Shown here piece by piece: positions 38,471 through 52,865 of a DNA stretch of 64,000 bases. Made by a program: the position numbers and the translations under genes. The first letter of the stretch is position 1, and each line of letters opens with the position of its first letter. This stretch comes from the human T2T-CHM13v2.0 reference genome, Homo sapiens: NCBI RefSeq assembly GCF_009914755.1, contig NC_060928.1. One strand, given 5' to 3'. The notes beneath the pieces were generated by a model. It did not search any database. It saw nothing but the letters and a program-made list of their open reading frames with translations, and was not told the DNA's origin.

Positions 38471-40334
38471 AGAGTGCTAATATATGTGGTTCTTCTTTGG
38501 AGATTGTAAAGCAATATTGTTTCTTGGGATAATGTCTTCTGGGAAGTTCCTTGGCCCTCTTTCATTCCTCTTTCAATTCAGAAGCAGAAAAAGAAATCCT
38601 AGTATAAAATTTGGAGGATATTGATTGGGAGAATAAAATGAGAAATATTTCTATAATAACTAGTGTTGTAATCATTGCTAAGATTGGCTCTCATTTTGTA
38701 ATGAAACATGATTCTGTGAAGTCGTAGTTAACTAAATGTCAAATGAAAGTTCTTTCATTAAAATGCTGTTTTAGTCCAATCAAGCAAAGACACACTTATA
38801 CTTCTATTACTATTACTGAGTACAGCTATTAGTGTTTTTGTATTTATGCAATTTTCTTTTGCTGGAGGAGTTTCTGCTATTCTTTATTCAGGCTTCCTAC
38901 ATTAGAAGAATTTGTCCGGCATTCTTTGTGCTAATGAAAAATTACACATTTCATATATAATGTATATTACAAATAATTCTGCAGTCTAATATGTGTGTTT
39001 GTATGCACATAATTATAATATGTTTTTTCAAATAGGACAATGTGTTAAAGGAATAAAAAAGCACATGTGATGCTTTGTCTTGATGCTGAGTTTGGTGAAA
39101 CACATAATGCTCTACTGCAAGAAGAGCAGACTTTTGAACCAGGGCTGAATAAATGTCTTAGGCACTACAACATCAAGTGAGTCTGGGCAAATAACTTAAA
39201 CTTTCTGATGCTCAGTTTGCCTATCTATGATATTAATGTTAAAATGCCTCAACTTTCTTATCTCTTACTTGTAGCAATGTTAAAAATAATCAGATATGTA
39301 AAAACAAAGCACTTTGATACTGGAATATACAGTAACAGATTAAACAAAGATTATTATGGAGCCCAGAACTTTGGGGCAGCCTACTGGGCTCATATTTTGT
39401 GTCTAATTACTAACTGGATAGCTTTAGGCTGATTAGTTAGAGCACTCAAATTTCTTTCTTTTTTTTTTTTTTTTTTTAAATAATGCTTACAGTGTATTTT
39501 ATTGAAGTAAAACTCATGTAACATAAAATTAACCATTTTAAAGTGTATAGTTCTATAGCCTCATTTGTATAAGGGGGGAAAAGAATGTGCCTTACAAAAT
39601 TGTTTTGAAGAATCCACAGGGAGGGCATTTCTAATACTCAAATGCCAGACACTCAGATATTAGCAATCCCAGGGCTCTCCCCTCTAACCATGCCTCTGAA
39701 TCCAAACAAATCAAGTTTTTTTTTTTTTTTGGAAAATTAGTTGAGTACATTCTCACTTGTAATTACCATAGCTTGCTTTCTATCATAGTTTTAATATTTA
39801 TTTTTTGTTTTGTTTTTAAGAAATGAGGTACCTGTGCTGAATTTTTATAACTTGTGGACCACCTCTCACGCTCTTCTTTCTTCCTCTTTTCACATTTCCT
39901 TGGCAAATGAGTAAGTGGAGATGAGTCAAAGGCTGTCTACAAGTCACATAATATATACTTTCCCAGGACATGCCTTTACTAAAAATGCAGCAAAATTATT
40001 TACCTTTATTTGTATTAGTTTATTTTGGTTTATTGAGTCAGAATTTAGGGGCTAGAAAAAATCTGATGAAATAATGGACATGACAGAAAACACATTCATT
40101 GCTAATCCATCACAACTTTTCCCTGTACTCCTTGCTGAGAAGTAAAGAGTGACAGCTTCACCTGCAAAGTAATGATAAGTATCTTCAAAAGAGTCCACTT
40201 CTCTGTTTTTAAAGCATATAAATCGAAAACCTGTTTTATTGCAGCTAAATGGAGTTAGCACCATTTCTACCTCATCCCTTTGTCTTCTTTCTCATTCTTT
40301 ATGCTTCTTTGAAGTTTCAACTTTTTTATATATC

Positions 40335-40565
40335 ATGTATGTACACATATACAAATATTTATGTGTATACATATGTGTAAAATATGTGTGTATATACATA
40401 TATATGTATTTACATATACATGTTGATATATGTGTGTGTACATTATGCACACATAGATACATATCTGTATCTCCATCTCTGTCTCTAATCTCTCTACCAA
40501 TCTATGTATCTGTCTATCTATCATCTCTCTCTCTCTTTCTCTATCATCTATCTGTTATCTATCCA
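40335..40565. repeat. (TA/TG)n then (TCTA)n low-complexity tract
   Basis: Direct reading. Confidence 0.85.
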
Positions 40566-40691
40566 TTCTGAGAAATGCTGCTGAATGTAATTCATGATCT
40601 CAACACACAATTCTAGAGTTTTAGACTTGGGAGGGACTATTGGTAGCTGGCATTTTTCTTTTCATGAAATCTCCTTTTCAGAATTTCCCTC

Positions 40692-41098
40692 TGAATATGG
40701 CCTGAGAAGGACTCTGTACTTCTATATTTGAGTCCTTGTGGACGAACTGCAACCTAGCTTAATAGGTAGACAAGACTGAAAGGCTAATCTAGGAGTATGT
40801 GCCTGTAACAATAGCTGAGTCTTGGCAAATCCCAGCAGCCATGCTTCAACCAGTCATACACTGCTGAGTGTTCAAATAGGGCAAACGCTGAGCTGTAACC
40901 AATCCAGTTGTTTCTGTACCTTGCCTCCGATTTCTGTATGTCACTTCCCTTTTTTGTCTATAAATTTGTTCTGACCATGAAACATTTCTGGAGTCTCTCT
41001 GAATCTGCTGTGATTTGGGGGGCTACCAAATTTGAGAATTGCTCATTGCTCAATTAAACTCCTTTAAATTTAATTCAGCTGAAGTTTTTCTTATAACA
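40692..41098 (+). mobile_element. MER57-family ERV1 solo LTR
   Basis: gagtccttgtggacgaactgcaacct...gctgtaaccaatccag...ctataaat...attaaactc...taaca; TSD cctc on both sides. Confidence 0.88.
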
Positions 41099-42744
41099 CC
41101 TCTAAAACAGCTCCCTGGTTGGCACAAGCCCTGCTTTATTCCCAGACACCTTGTCAAATGACTGTGAATTGTGTGCTATGAAATTTCCTTCTCAATTTTT
41201 CCTTGTTTGAAGATTTACAACATCTTGAGTCCAAACTATCCATGGAAAGAGGCAAGATAGACCGAGAAATTTCCACAGCTAGAGGGATACATAGAGGCTC
41301 ACTATTTAAGTTCTCTTCAGAGTTCAGAGGAACTAGAGGCTTGGGACTAGGGACACTGGAGATGTTCAAGGCTGTGGCCAATGTACAATATGCAGAATCC
41401 CAGAGTTTCAATCCAGTATGAACAACAGCAATTACTTTTTTTAAAAGGCTTTTTCATTTTCTGTGATTTTGCTGATAATACAAATTAAGAATATTTTCTA
41501 AAATGAAAATATTTGCAGAAGTTGACAACTGCCAATATGGATATTTAATCAAATATTGCCCCAAATGACATTCAATGTATTTCTTAGTAGGAAGATTCAC
41601 TTATTAGTTCTGTGACCCAATGATCATCGGTTCATCCAGCCTGCCACCCATCCAGTAACACTTATTGAACAGGAACTTATTTACCAGGAGTACAATTCTG
41701 TGCTAGACTTGAGAATGAATGTAATGATGAAGACCTAGTCCATGCCCTTGAGGTCTTTACAGCATACTGGAGCCTAAAATATAGTCATAGAATGGGCTAT
41801 ATTTCGAGGTAAAATGCAGTAAGTATCTTGAGAGAGTTGTGAGAAGGGCACAACTAATTGCCATTGAGGTATGGAGAAAGGAAAATTACTTCTAACTGAG
41901 ACTCAAGCTGAGGAAAGCAGAAGGCTAATGGAGAAGACAGTTAATTCTGAGAAATAAACTGGATAAACATTCAGAGATAGGACAAATAATGAAGATTGAG
42001 GAATTAATTTTATTGAAGGATTTCATGCATGAAGAACGTAATGAGAGGTAAAGGTAGCCAAGTAGCATGGGAACTGATCTTGAAGAGCACTGAATAATAA
42101 ATACAGAGTTTGGTTATGAAGTAGTGGGGAGTCATTGACTGTTCCATGCATAAAATCTTGGGGAGGAAAATGAGTCAATGAAAACTACTTTCTGAGGGGG
42201 GAGTGTTATATGAGCTGAGTATGGAAGTTGAAACAAATGTTGGGAAATGAAGAGTTTGATAAGGTTGGTGTAATGATGCATACATACATGCATACACAAA
42301 CATTGGAGTGACTAGAATGGGTTGTTTGAGATACAGTTAATTAGAATCATCATGGTGGAAGCCAGGTTAAAGTAAGATGTAAAACAGTGACTAAATGGGC
42401 TGGTAATAGTAAATGAAAAAAAACTTGGTAAGTGTTTTAATAAATGTGCTAGTATTTCCCTGTTAGCATCTGCCATGGTGACTACCACATAGTAAGGATT
42501 CAATTAGTATTTGTGGAATGAATAAGATAAAGATAGATAAACTTGGTAAGCTACATGTTTTCTCGTTGTGGAATTAGCTATAGCTACACTTAACCACATA
42601 CATAAAACCAGCCATCTGGTTCACTAAGGAAGAAGAAAAACCAAATCTACATGCTTGACAATTTCAAAATGTATATCTAAATTTGGAAATATTTATAGAA
42701 ATTATGGAAAATTAATATATTGAAGATAAAAAATAAGATTACCT

Positions 42745-42945
42745 GAGTTTTAATATTTGCTCTTCCTTAGGCAAGTTCTCTAATCTCTCTGTGCCTCGGT
42801 TTCCTCCATTCTGTAGAATGGAGATAATAAACTAGGTAGCTTATAGTGATCAATGAGAATTAGGAATTAATACATGAAAAGTGCTTGGAATAGGCTTTGA
42901 CACATGGTTCACACTATATTAATGTTTGGTCATTATTATTTTCAT
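42745..42945 (+). mobile_element. MIR SINE
   Basis: ttaggcaagttctctaatctctctgtgcctcggtttcctc...gataataa. Confidence 0.75.
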
Positions 42946-43149
42946 TACTCAAGAACCTGTTTTGTAGGACTGTGTAATCTGTTTAAATTTGCATTTCATC
43001 TTAAAATTTACAAACCATGTTGACACATAATATATTGATTTATTCCTACATCTCTCGTATTCCTTCCATGTTGTCAATAAGGATAATAAAACTGAATATC
43101 AAACTCAGATCTTCTGGCAAATAGCCATTTATTTCCAAATGGTCACAGG

Positions 43150-43330
43150 GTAGCAAACATTGTTTAAGAACTTTGTAAAAATAATCTCATTTAATTGCTA
43201 TTAAGCAAGAGTAGGAAACAGAGGATCAGAGAGGTTAAATGTCTTACCTAAAGCCACCCAGCTAGCAAGACATTGGAGAAAGAATTTGAAGTCAAATCTT
43301 ATGTCTTCAAAGCCTATGCACTTAGTCATC
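43150..43330 (-). mobile_element. MIR SINE
   Basis: aggaaacagaggatcagagaggttaaatgtcttacctaaagccacccagctag. Confidence 0.7.
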
Positions 43331-45463
43331 AGACAGAAGTGTCCTAATTTGAAGTGGGAGGAAGAGAGCAGTCACTTGGTAAAGTGAGAAGAAAGGCATC
43401 TGTAAGTGTGCTCAGTGAACCAGTGAACCAAGCCTTTTCAGCCTCCCCAGGATCTCAATTAGGAATCCCTGCTGCGGGCTGATGCCTTTCCAAGTTCTAA
43501 CATGTGAGAGCTAAATTCTTCCCCGTCTTAAATTCTGAAGCCCATCTCTTTGACTCCACTGGCCCTGCTCTGCCTTGGGTCTCAGTAAACAACCATAGCA
43601 ATAAACCTTTTGTGAAGGTGTAGAGAAGAGCTGCTTTTCATCAGATCACTGTAGGCAGCCTGGGCTGCCAACTTCCCATCAAAGCCTCATAAACCCTTTT
43701 ATGAGTCCCATAAAATGCTGCCTACTCCAGTTAAAGAAGAGGACAGCCATCAGACCCAACTCATGCTGGCTTCAATTGCTTCATTTCCATATATGAGAGT
43801 TTTTGGAAAACCAAAAGCAAGACATAGCTTAATGGTAAATTGGTCTTGGTGTTTCTCTAGTGTTCCTTTACTAGGTCTCCCACACCCCATACCCCATGCT
43901 ACACAGTGGTGTTTGATGACTCTGGAAAACAATTCTGGGTGGCAGAGTCAGCAGCAAGAACTGCTGGGAACTATGGCTTCCATTCATAGGTGGAAAAATA
44001 TTAGCTGCAAAGTGGATTCTCTTTTTTCCTCATGTACATTGAAAAAGAAGGAAAGTTCCCTGCAAGTTCTCACAGCTTCTTCACTGTAGCTGGACATAGA
44101 ATCTCTCCTATTTGCATCCATGTTCCTGGTATGGATTGTGGTTGCCAAAAGGAATGATAACCCCTTTGTTGATTAGTTTCATGGAACATTCCAGTCTCCA
44201 AGGTTCTCTCATCAAACTGATTCACATATTCATTAATTTTCTCTACTTTGTTGTAACGAACCAGACAATTTTAGAGTTCAAGGGATGGGAATAAAATTGG
44301 AAGACAATTTGCAGGTAATTTAATTCTCCAGTTAGTATTTTTTATCTCACTACGGCATAAACTGCTTTAGGGACAGCATTACTTCTATTTCTTTATCTGC
44401 AAGTATTTACTGTTAAGCCCGTTATATATAGAAAGTACAAAACTGTTCAATAAATAATTACGATTACATGCATCAGTCACTATATGCTAAGTTATGCTCT
44501 GGTAACAAACAGTACTGGAGGATTACTTCTCATTCTTGCTGCAAGTGGATCTCAGATTGGTTGTTCCATAACATATTTACTCAGAGATCAAGACGTATAA
44601 AGCACTCTTTTTCTGTAACATCTCCAGTCTCTTGGCAGAAGGAAAGGAGGACAGTGATGTAAACCGCATGCTGGTTTGAAAGTTTTTGCTTGAAAGTGAG
44701 ATACCTCATGTACACTCTCATTTCATTTGCCAGTTAACATGAAGACTAGGTCTGACTTCAAGGGGATGAGGAATTATAATTCCCTCCTACAATACCACTT
44801 TATTAATCTCTTTTATGTTTTGTTAGAATTTAATATTTATTTGAACTAGATATCCCAGGGATGGAATTTAGTGAACACAATTTCATTGTAATTTCGAACA
44901 GGTATAATTAATCTGAAACAGGTATATTTTGGGGATTTGAAGTGAAGCCAGTAACAAGACAACAACCAATGTTTATAATTTGGAATAAAAAAGCTTCAAT
45001 GAGGTTATGTTTTGTGTTTAACATCCCAATACAAGACATCTACAGACTTGTATGAGAAGATTCAACTCTCAGAACAGTGATGCCTATAATATTGGGAAAA
45101 TCTGTAATCATTAAAATCAGACTCTTATTGTCAACAGCTTGCAGTTACTAAGACAATGCAAGGACTTGATATATTTTAGAAATATTTTCAACAAAAAGTA
45201 ATTGAAACAAACAAACATAAAGTTAACTAAAATTACAAAAACTTGTTGATGGATATACAATATAAAAGATGTAGATTGTGACATCAGTAACATAAAGTGT
45301 GGGAGAGGAGAGGTAAAATGTAGGGATTTGTGTTTAACTGAAGTTAAATTATTCTCAACTTAAAAAATATGCATAAGGTGTTTTATGTAAGCCCCATGGT
45401 AACCACGAAGAAAAAGCCTCTAGTAGATACACAAAAGGTAAAGAGAAAGAAATCAAAGCATAT

Positions 45464-45860
45464 TGAGAGGTGAAGCCAGCTGGATTTCCTGGGTTGAGTG
45501 GGGACTTGGAGAACTTTTCTGTCTAGCTAAAGGATTGTAAATGCACTAATCAGCACTCTGTAAAAACGCACCAATCAGCGCTCTTGCTTTTGCTCACTCT
45601 TTGGGTCTGCACCACCTTTAAGAGCTGTAACACTCACTGCCAAGTTCCGCGGCTTCATTCTTGAAGTCAGCGAGACCACGAACTCACCGGAAGGAAGAAA
45701 CTCTGGAAACATCTGAAGGAACAAACTCTGGACACACTATCTTTAAGAGCTGTAACACTCACCGCTAAGGTCTGTGGCTTCATTCTTGAAGTCAGCGAGA
45801 CCAAGAACCCACTGGAAGGAACAAATTCTGGACACATTTTGGTGACCCAGATGGGACGCA
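45464..45860 (+). mobile_element. LTR12 (LTR12F-like, HERV9) with internal deletion, followed by its PBS
   Basis: tgagaggtgaagccagctgg...gagctgtaacactcac repeats...ggacaca (end 45836) + tggtgacccagatgggac; atat flanks both sides. Confidence 0.92.
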
Positions 45861-46077
45861 ATATCACTACACAAATTTAACAACTTACAAAGGAAGACAA
45901 CAAGATTGGAAAAAAGGAACAAGGGAACAACTAAACAGTCAGTAAGCAATTAATAAAATATCAATAGTAAGCCCTCTTTATTAATAATTACTTTAAATGT
46001 AAATGGAATAAATTCTCAACTCAAAAAAAGCAGAATGACTGAATGGATTTTAAAAAATAGATCCAGCAATATGCTGC

Positions 46078-46489
46078 TGCTATGATTTGAATAATGGTAT
46101 CCCCTCCAAAATTTATGTTGAAACTTCATCCCCAATGTAACAGTTGTAAAAGATGTGGCCTTTGGGAGGTAATTAAGTCATGAGGACTGTACTCACATTA
46201 ATGGGGTTATCACCCTTATAAAAGGGCTCGAGATTGAAAGTTGAAGGAAGCTCTCTCTTGTTTTCTACCTCCTTCTACCAAGTGAGGACACTGCATTCTT
46301 CCTCTCCAGAAAATGCACCAATAAGTTGCCATCTTGGAAGTAAAGAGCAATGCTCATCAGGCACCAATCCTACCTACACCTTGATCTTGAATTTTTCCAG
46401 ATTCCAGAATCATCAGAAATAATTTTCTATTGTTTTGAATAAATTACCCAGTATCTGGTATTCTGTTATAGTGGCACAAATGGACTCAA
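46078..46489 (+). mobile_element. MST (MaLR) solo LTR inside L1
   Basis: tgctatgatttgaat...aaattacccagtatctggtattctgttatag...aatggact. Confidence 0.85.
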
Positions 46490-47311
46490 TGCCTACTCAT
46501 TTTAGCCTTAAGGACACACAAAGACTGAGAATAAAGGGATGAAAAAAAGTATTTCATGCAAATGGTAACTGAAACAGACTAGGAGTGGTTATACTTATAT
46601 TAGAGAAAATAGACATTCAGTCAAAATCTGTCATGAGTAAAAGAAAGTCACTGTATCATGCTATATGGATCAATCAATCAAGGGGATATAATAATTGAAA
46701 ATCTATATGCATCCAACATTGGATAACCAAAATATATAAAGCAAACATTAATAGAACTAAAGGGAGAAATAGCAACACAAAAATAGTAGGAAACTTCAAC
46801 ACCACATATTCAACAATGTACAAGTTATCTAGACAAAAAAATCAAAATGAAAATATTTGACTTGAACTACACTTTAGACCAAAAGACCTGACAAACATTT
46901 ACAGAACATTCCATTTAACATTACCAGAATAACATTCTTCCCAATTGCACAGGGAGCATTATCCATAATAGAGTATGTGTTGGATCAAACAAGTCTTAAT
47001 AAATTTAAAAACATTGAAATCTTTTCTGACAGCAATTGTATAGAAATCAATAATGTACAGAATTTTTAAATGTATATGAATGTGTAGAAATCAAACAGCA
47101 CATTCCTGAACAGCTAATGGGTCAAAGAAGAAATCAAAAGAGAAAACAAAAAGTATCCTGAGAGAAACAAAATGGAAACTCAACATACCCAAACTTATGA
47201 AATGCTGCAAAAGCAGTGCTAAGAAGAAAGTTTTTAACTATAAATGCCTACATTAAGAGAACAGAAACATCCCAAATAAGCAATCTAATATTATACCTTT
47301 AAAAAACTAGA

Positions 47312-47636
<325 letters not shown>

Positions 47637-47978
47637 CTAAGCCCAAAGTCAGCAGATGGAAGGAAATAATAATGATCAGAATAAAAATAGATGAAATACA
47701 AACTAGTAAAACAATAGAAAAACCAACAAAGCTAAGAGGTTTTTTGTTTGTTTTTTTTTAAAAAAAAGATCAATAAAATTGACGAAGCTTTAGCAAGACT
47801 AAGCAAGAAAAAAGAGAGCACTTGAATAAAATTACAAGTGAAAGGGGAGACATTTCAACTGATACTACAGAAATACAAAGAATCATGAACAATATGCCAA
47901 GCAATTGGATAACTTAGAAGAAATAAATTTCTAGAAACATACAATCACCCAAACTGAATCATAAAAATTAGAAAATCT

Positions 47979-48312
<334 letters not shown>

Positions 48313-48839
48313 TTAACATCTAAAGAATTAATAATGTCAGTTTTTCTCAATCTCTTTCAAAAAATTGAAGATGATAGAACACTTCCAAATTCATTTTCTG
48401 AGGCCAGAATTACCCTCATACCAAAGCCAGATAACGATGCTACAAGAAAAGAAAATGGAGTCCAATAACTCTGATGAGCATAAATGCAAAAATATCATCA
48501 ACAAAATACTAGTAAAACTGAATTCAACAGCATATCAAAAAGATAATATAGCATGACAAAGTGGGATTTAAAGAATCTTTTAAAAGTATTCTTCCACAAA
48601 TTATATTTTTAGGAATTTTTTTTTGTCCATCCAGAAGACATTATTCAGAAATAATAAATAACTTTATTTTTGATCAATGAAAGCCTCTGGTCAACATGAT
48701 AATCTGGATGACTGTGGTCTGTGGACTAAGTCAGTAAACCTACTTTACTGAGTGAGAGGAAGACCTTTTGGAAGCACAGTAATATGGCTAAGTTATTTTT
48801 CCTTCATGATATTTATTGAGCATTCATTATGTGTTTTTT

Positions 48840-49440
48840 TGTAGACAGGATTTTAAGCCTTCCCCTCACTCCTCTTTCGCTGCTGCCAAAGATGGCCTGT
48901 CCTAGTTCCTGGAACCTGTAAATACACTGAGATGTTACTCCTGTGATAATATGCTTTAGGGCACAAATGACTTTAAAGTAGGGAGTTTATTCCGACTTAT
49001 CCATGTAGGTTCAATGTTTTTACATGAGCTCTTAATGTTTTTACAGAGTTTTCTCTGGCTAGTGGTAAGTGAAGAAGTCAGAGAGATATAAAATGTGAGG
49101 GGGATGTAATGTTTCATTGCTAGGTCAAAAACAAAATCTCCCGTCCATAGGAGCTGAGATAGGACTCAGCTATAAGCCTACAAGAAAGAAATCTCAGTCC
49201 TTCAACTGTAAGGACATGAAATCTGCTGATAGTAAGGTTGAGAGTATAATCTCAGGAGTGAATTCTTTCTCCCAGTCCCCAGAGAAGAACCTCGTTCAGC
49301 CAATACCTTGATGTCAGTCTTGTGATACCCTTAGCATAGATTTGGGTGTCTTATGATTTAGGGAACTAAGAGCTAATAAATTGGTATTGTTATAAGCCAG
49401 AAATTTGTGCCTATTTGTTATTCAGCAATAGAAAACTATG
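48840..49440 (+). mobile_element. MLT1E-type MaLR LTR
   Basis: tcctggaacctgtaaata...cagtccttcaactgtaagga...ttgttattcagcaatagaaaact. Confidence 0.75.
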
Positions 49441-49559
49441 GGAACCCAATTTCTACATTTATGGAGTTTATATGATAAAGAAGGATACTCAATATGTAGT
49501 AGTTGCTTCATGAATATTTTTAAGTGAATGAATAAATTATCTGTTTACTTCACTGTTAC

Positions 49560-49800
49560 TAACAATGGCTAACTCATAATTTTTTCTGTGTGCAGGCATT
49601 GTTATAAATGCTTTATATGCATTTAACCATTTAATCATCAAAACCCCATGTAGTAGGTAACTATTATTATTTCTGTTTTAAAGACAAAGACACAGGCATA
49701 GGGAGGTTGACAACTTGTTAAACGTTGCAAAGGTAATGAATTCAGAGCTGAGATTTAAGCCTAGATGTCTGGCTTTAGATTCTGAAATATTACCAACTGC
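49560..49800 (-). mobile_element. MIR SINE
   Basis: caggcattgttataaatgcttta...aggtaactattattat...gagctgagatttaagcctag. Confidence 0.7.
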
Positions 49801-50225
49801 TCTAAGTTGCTTAGGAACTATAATAAGTGATAAAAAAGAGAAATAGTGGGTGTCATGTGAGAAGAGATGACCCACGGGCACAGGAAAGGCTTTTGTAAAG
49901 ATATGAAATTTAGGCAAAGTTTTAAGGGGTGGATTAACTAGAAAAAAAGGCTGCAAAAATATTTCAATAAGAAGAACATGGGGAAACTCTAGTGAAAAGT
50001 ATGGAAGACTGACATTTCTGTTAGTCAGTGCATACTAGATAAATATATTGTCTTCATCAAACTTTAATATTGAGAAAAGTTTAAGAAAATTCAAAGATCT
50101 GGTTATCCCAGATTAGCAACTGCTGAATGATGAACAACAGATACTCTACTGCTTTCTTAACCACATGGAAAAGGAAAAAACAAAATAAAACAAATCAAAA
50201 CACCTTTTTATTCTCTTAGAACTGG

Positions 50226-50445
50226 ATTTGGAAAAACTACAGCCAATGGGCCAAAACTGGCTGACTCAATGTTTTTGTAAACAAAGTTTTATTGGAACAC
50301 AGCAACACTCATTTATTTACCTATAGTCTGTGGCTGCTTACACACTAGAAAAGCAGAGTTAAGTAGTTATGGCAGAGAGCATATGACATGCAAAGCCTAA
50401 ATATTTACTATCTGGATATTTTCAGAAAGCATATGCCAAACTCTG
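50226..50445. mobile_element. MER58A hAT-Charlie DNA transposon
   Basis: aaaactacagcc...aaagttttattggaacacagc...gcaaagcctaaatatttactatctgg...tgccaa. Confidence 0.85.
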
Positions 50446-51509
50446 TGTATTAGTTCATTCTCACACTGCTAATAAATACATACCCGAGTCTGGGTAATTT
50501 ATAAAGAAAAGAGGTTTAATTGACTCACAGTTCCTCGTGGCTGGGGAGGCCTCAGGAAACTTGTAATCGTGGCAGAAGGGAAAGCAAACACATCTTTCTT
50601 CACATGGTGGCAGCAAAAAGAAGTGCTGAGCAGAAGGGGGAAAACCCTTTGTAAAACCATCAGATCTTGTGAGAACTAATTCACTATCACAAGAAAAGCG
50701 TGAAGATAACCACCCCCATGATTCAAAGACCCCACCAGGTCTTTCCCACAACACATGGGGATTATGGGAACTACAATTCAAGATGAGATTTGGGTGGGGA
50801 CACAGTCAAACTGTGTCTGGAATTGGTTCCTTCTGGTGGGTTCTTAGTCTTGCTGACTTCAAGAATGAAGCTGCAGACCCTCGTGGTGAGTGTTACAGTT
50901 CTTAAAGATGGTGTGTCCAGAGTTTTTCATTCAGATGTTCGAACGTGTCTGGAGTTTCTTCCTTCTGGTGGGTTCGTGGTCTCACTGGCCTCAGGAGTGA
51001 AGCTGCAGACCTTTGCAATGAGTGTTACAGCTCTTAATGGTGGCACGTCCAGAGTTGTTCATTCCTCCCGGTGGGTTCGTGGTCTCGCTGGCTTCAGGAG
51101 TGAAGCTGCAGACCTTCGCGGTGAGTGTTACAGCTCATAAAGGTAGTGCGGACCCAAAGAGTGAGAAGCAGCAAGATTTATTGTGAAGAGCGAAAGAACA
51201 AAGCTTCCACAGCGTGGAAGGGGACCGAAGTGGGTTGCCGCTGCTGGCATGGGTGGCCACCTTTTATTCCCTTATTTGTCCCTGCCCATGTCCTGCTGAT
51301 TGGTCCATTTTACAGAGTGCTGATAAGTCCATTTTACAGCTTGCTGATTCGTGCATTTACAAACCTTTAGCTAGATATAGAGAGCTGATTGGTGCATTTT
51401 TACAGAGTGCTGATTGGTGCGTTTACAATCCTTTAGCTAGACAGAAGAGTTCTCCAAGTCCTCACTGGACCCAAAGGCCCAGCTAGCTTCACCTGTCAAA
51501 ACCATATCA
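50446..51509 (-). mobile_element. THE1 (MaLR) solo LTR split by LTR12
   Basis: tgtattagttcattctcacactgcta...gtggggacacagtcaaac | catatca; near-TSD ctctg/ctctc. Confidence 0.92.
50812..51498 (-). mobile_element. LTR12 (HERV9) solo LTR
   Basis: tgtgtctggaattgg...gtgagtgttacagctc repeats, gctgattgg CCAAT repeats...cttcacctgtca; 4-bp TSD AAAC. Confidence 0.95.
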
Positions 51510-52639
51510 CTCTCATAGAGCAAAGGTGCTAATATTTAAAAAATATTATTTTTTGTTTAATTACATGCCACAATATTAATTTTTAGTTCCAGGAGTAACA
51601 TCCATACCTATTTTGTTGACTTTGGAAAATCTGAAGGAGCTGGCAGTTAAATTCCTGTTGGCATAGAGATTATCTGGATGAGTGTGGTCTGTGGTCTGAT
51701 AAGTCAGTGCACCTGCTTTACTGAGTAAGAGGAAGGCCCTGTGGAAGCCCAGTATTATGGCTAATATATTTTTATTCAAAAATGAAAATGCTTAAAAATT
51801 GTAGGAGGTTCAATTTCTGCTGGACAGAAATTCCTGTGACAAATAAACTATTTGTGACAAACTATATTCCTGTGACAAATAAACTAACATATTTATAAAA
51901 CAGCATGAAAACCAACCTAAAATATATATATCATTAATTTTTACACCACTATATATGGATTTCAGCATAAATTAGAAGATATACATCAAGGCAATCAGAG
52001 TTCATTGCTAATGTTTATCTCTAAAACACTTTTTTTTAATTCATAAGTGTTTAGATAATTTTAAAAACATTTCACATTTTTAGATCCTCTTAAGGAATCA
52101 AGGACTGAGAACTTTGAATTCTTTAAAATATAAATATCATAACTTTGCCACATGGCTTTTTCTGTAGTATTGAAAACAGAAAACTAATAAATGTAGAGTC
52201 TTTTTTAAAAACTTTGTATGAAAGTAAGACCTGTGCACAGAAAAATGTACATGTCATGTACTCAGCTCAATGTATTCTCACAGATTAAATACATATGTCA
52301 AAAAGCAGAAACTCACCACCCTTAGAAGGCCCCAGATTTTTCTTTTGAGTAAAAACTCATCCACAAGTCTGACCCCATCCTCATTTCAAACCCCACACGT
52401 TAGCTTTGCCTGATTGTAATATTTACTCTTTTGTGTCTTTTGGTCAACTTGATGCTTGTGAAATTCATTCATGCTGTTATGTATAGTGGTGTTTTGTTAT
52501 TATCATGGGTATAAGGCATTTCATTGTGTAAACATATAATTTTTGCTTATTCTACTGTTGAGGGGTCTTGGATCATTTCCAGATAGAGGCTACTATGAAT
52601 AGCATGATAGTGAATATTTGATTATATGGCTGTTGTTGA

Positions 52640-52865
52640 ATATACATACATATATATTTATGTGTATATATATAGATATGCACATACATGTGTATGTATA
52701 TATAGATATATGCATACATACATATGTGTATATGCGTATATATATGCATACATAGATGTAAATGTATATATCATAGATATATATGAATGCATATGTATAT
52801 ACACACATACACATATATGTATGTATATTCACTATATATATTCAACAACACACATATATATCTCT
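52640..52865. repeat. (TA/TG/CA)n low-complexity tract
   Basis: Direct reading. Confidence 0.9.

Noticed and set aside
50830-51140. Regularly spaced direct repeats resembling a CRISPR array
   Set aside because: Internal tandem repeats of LTR12; the spacers are themselves repetitive, the context is eukaryotic and there are no cas genes.
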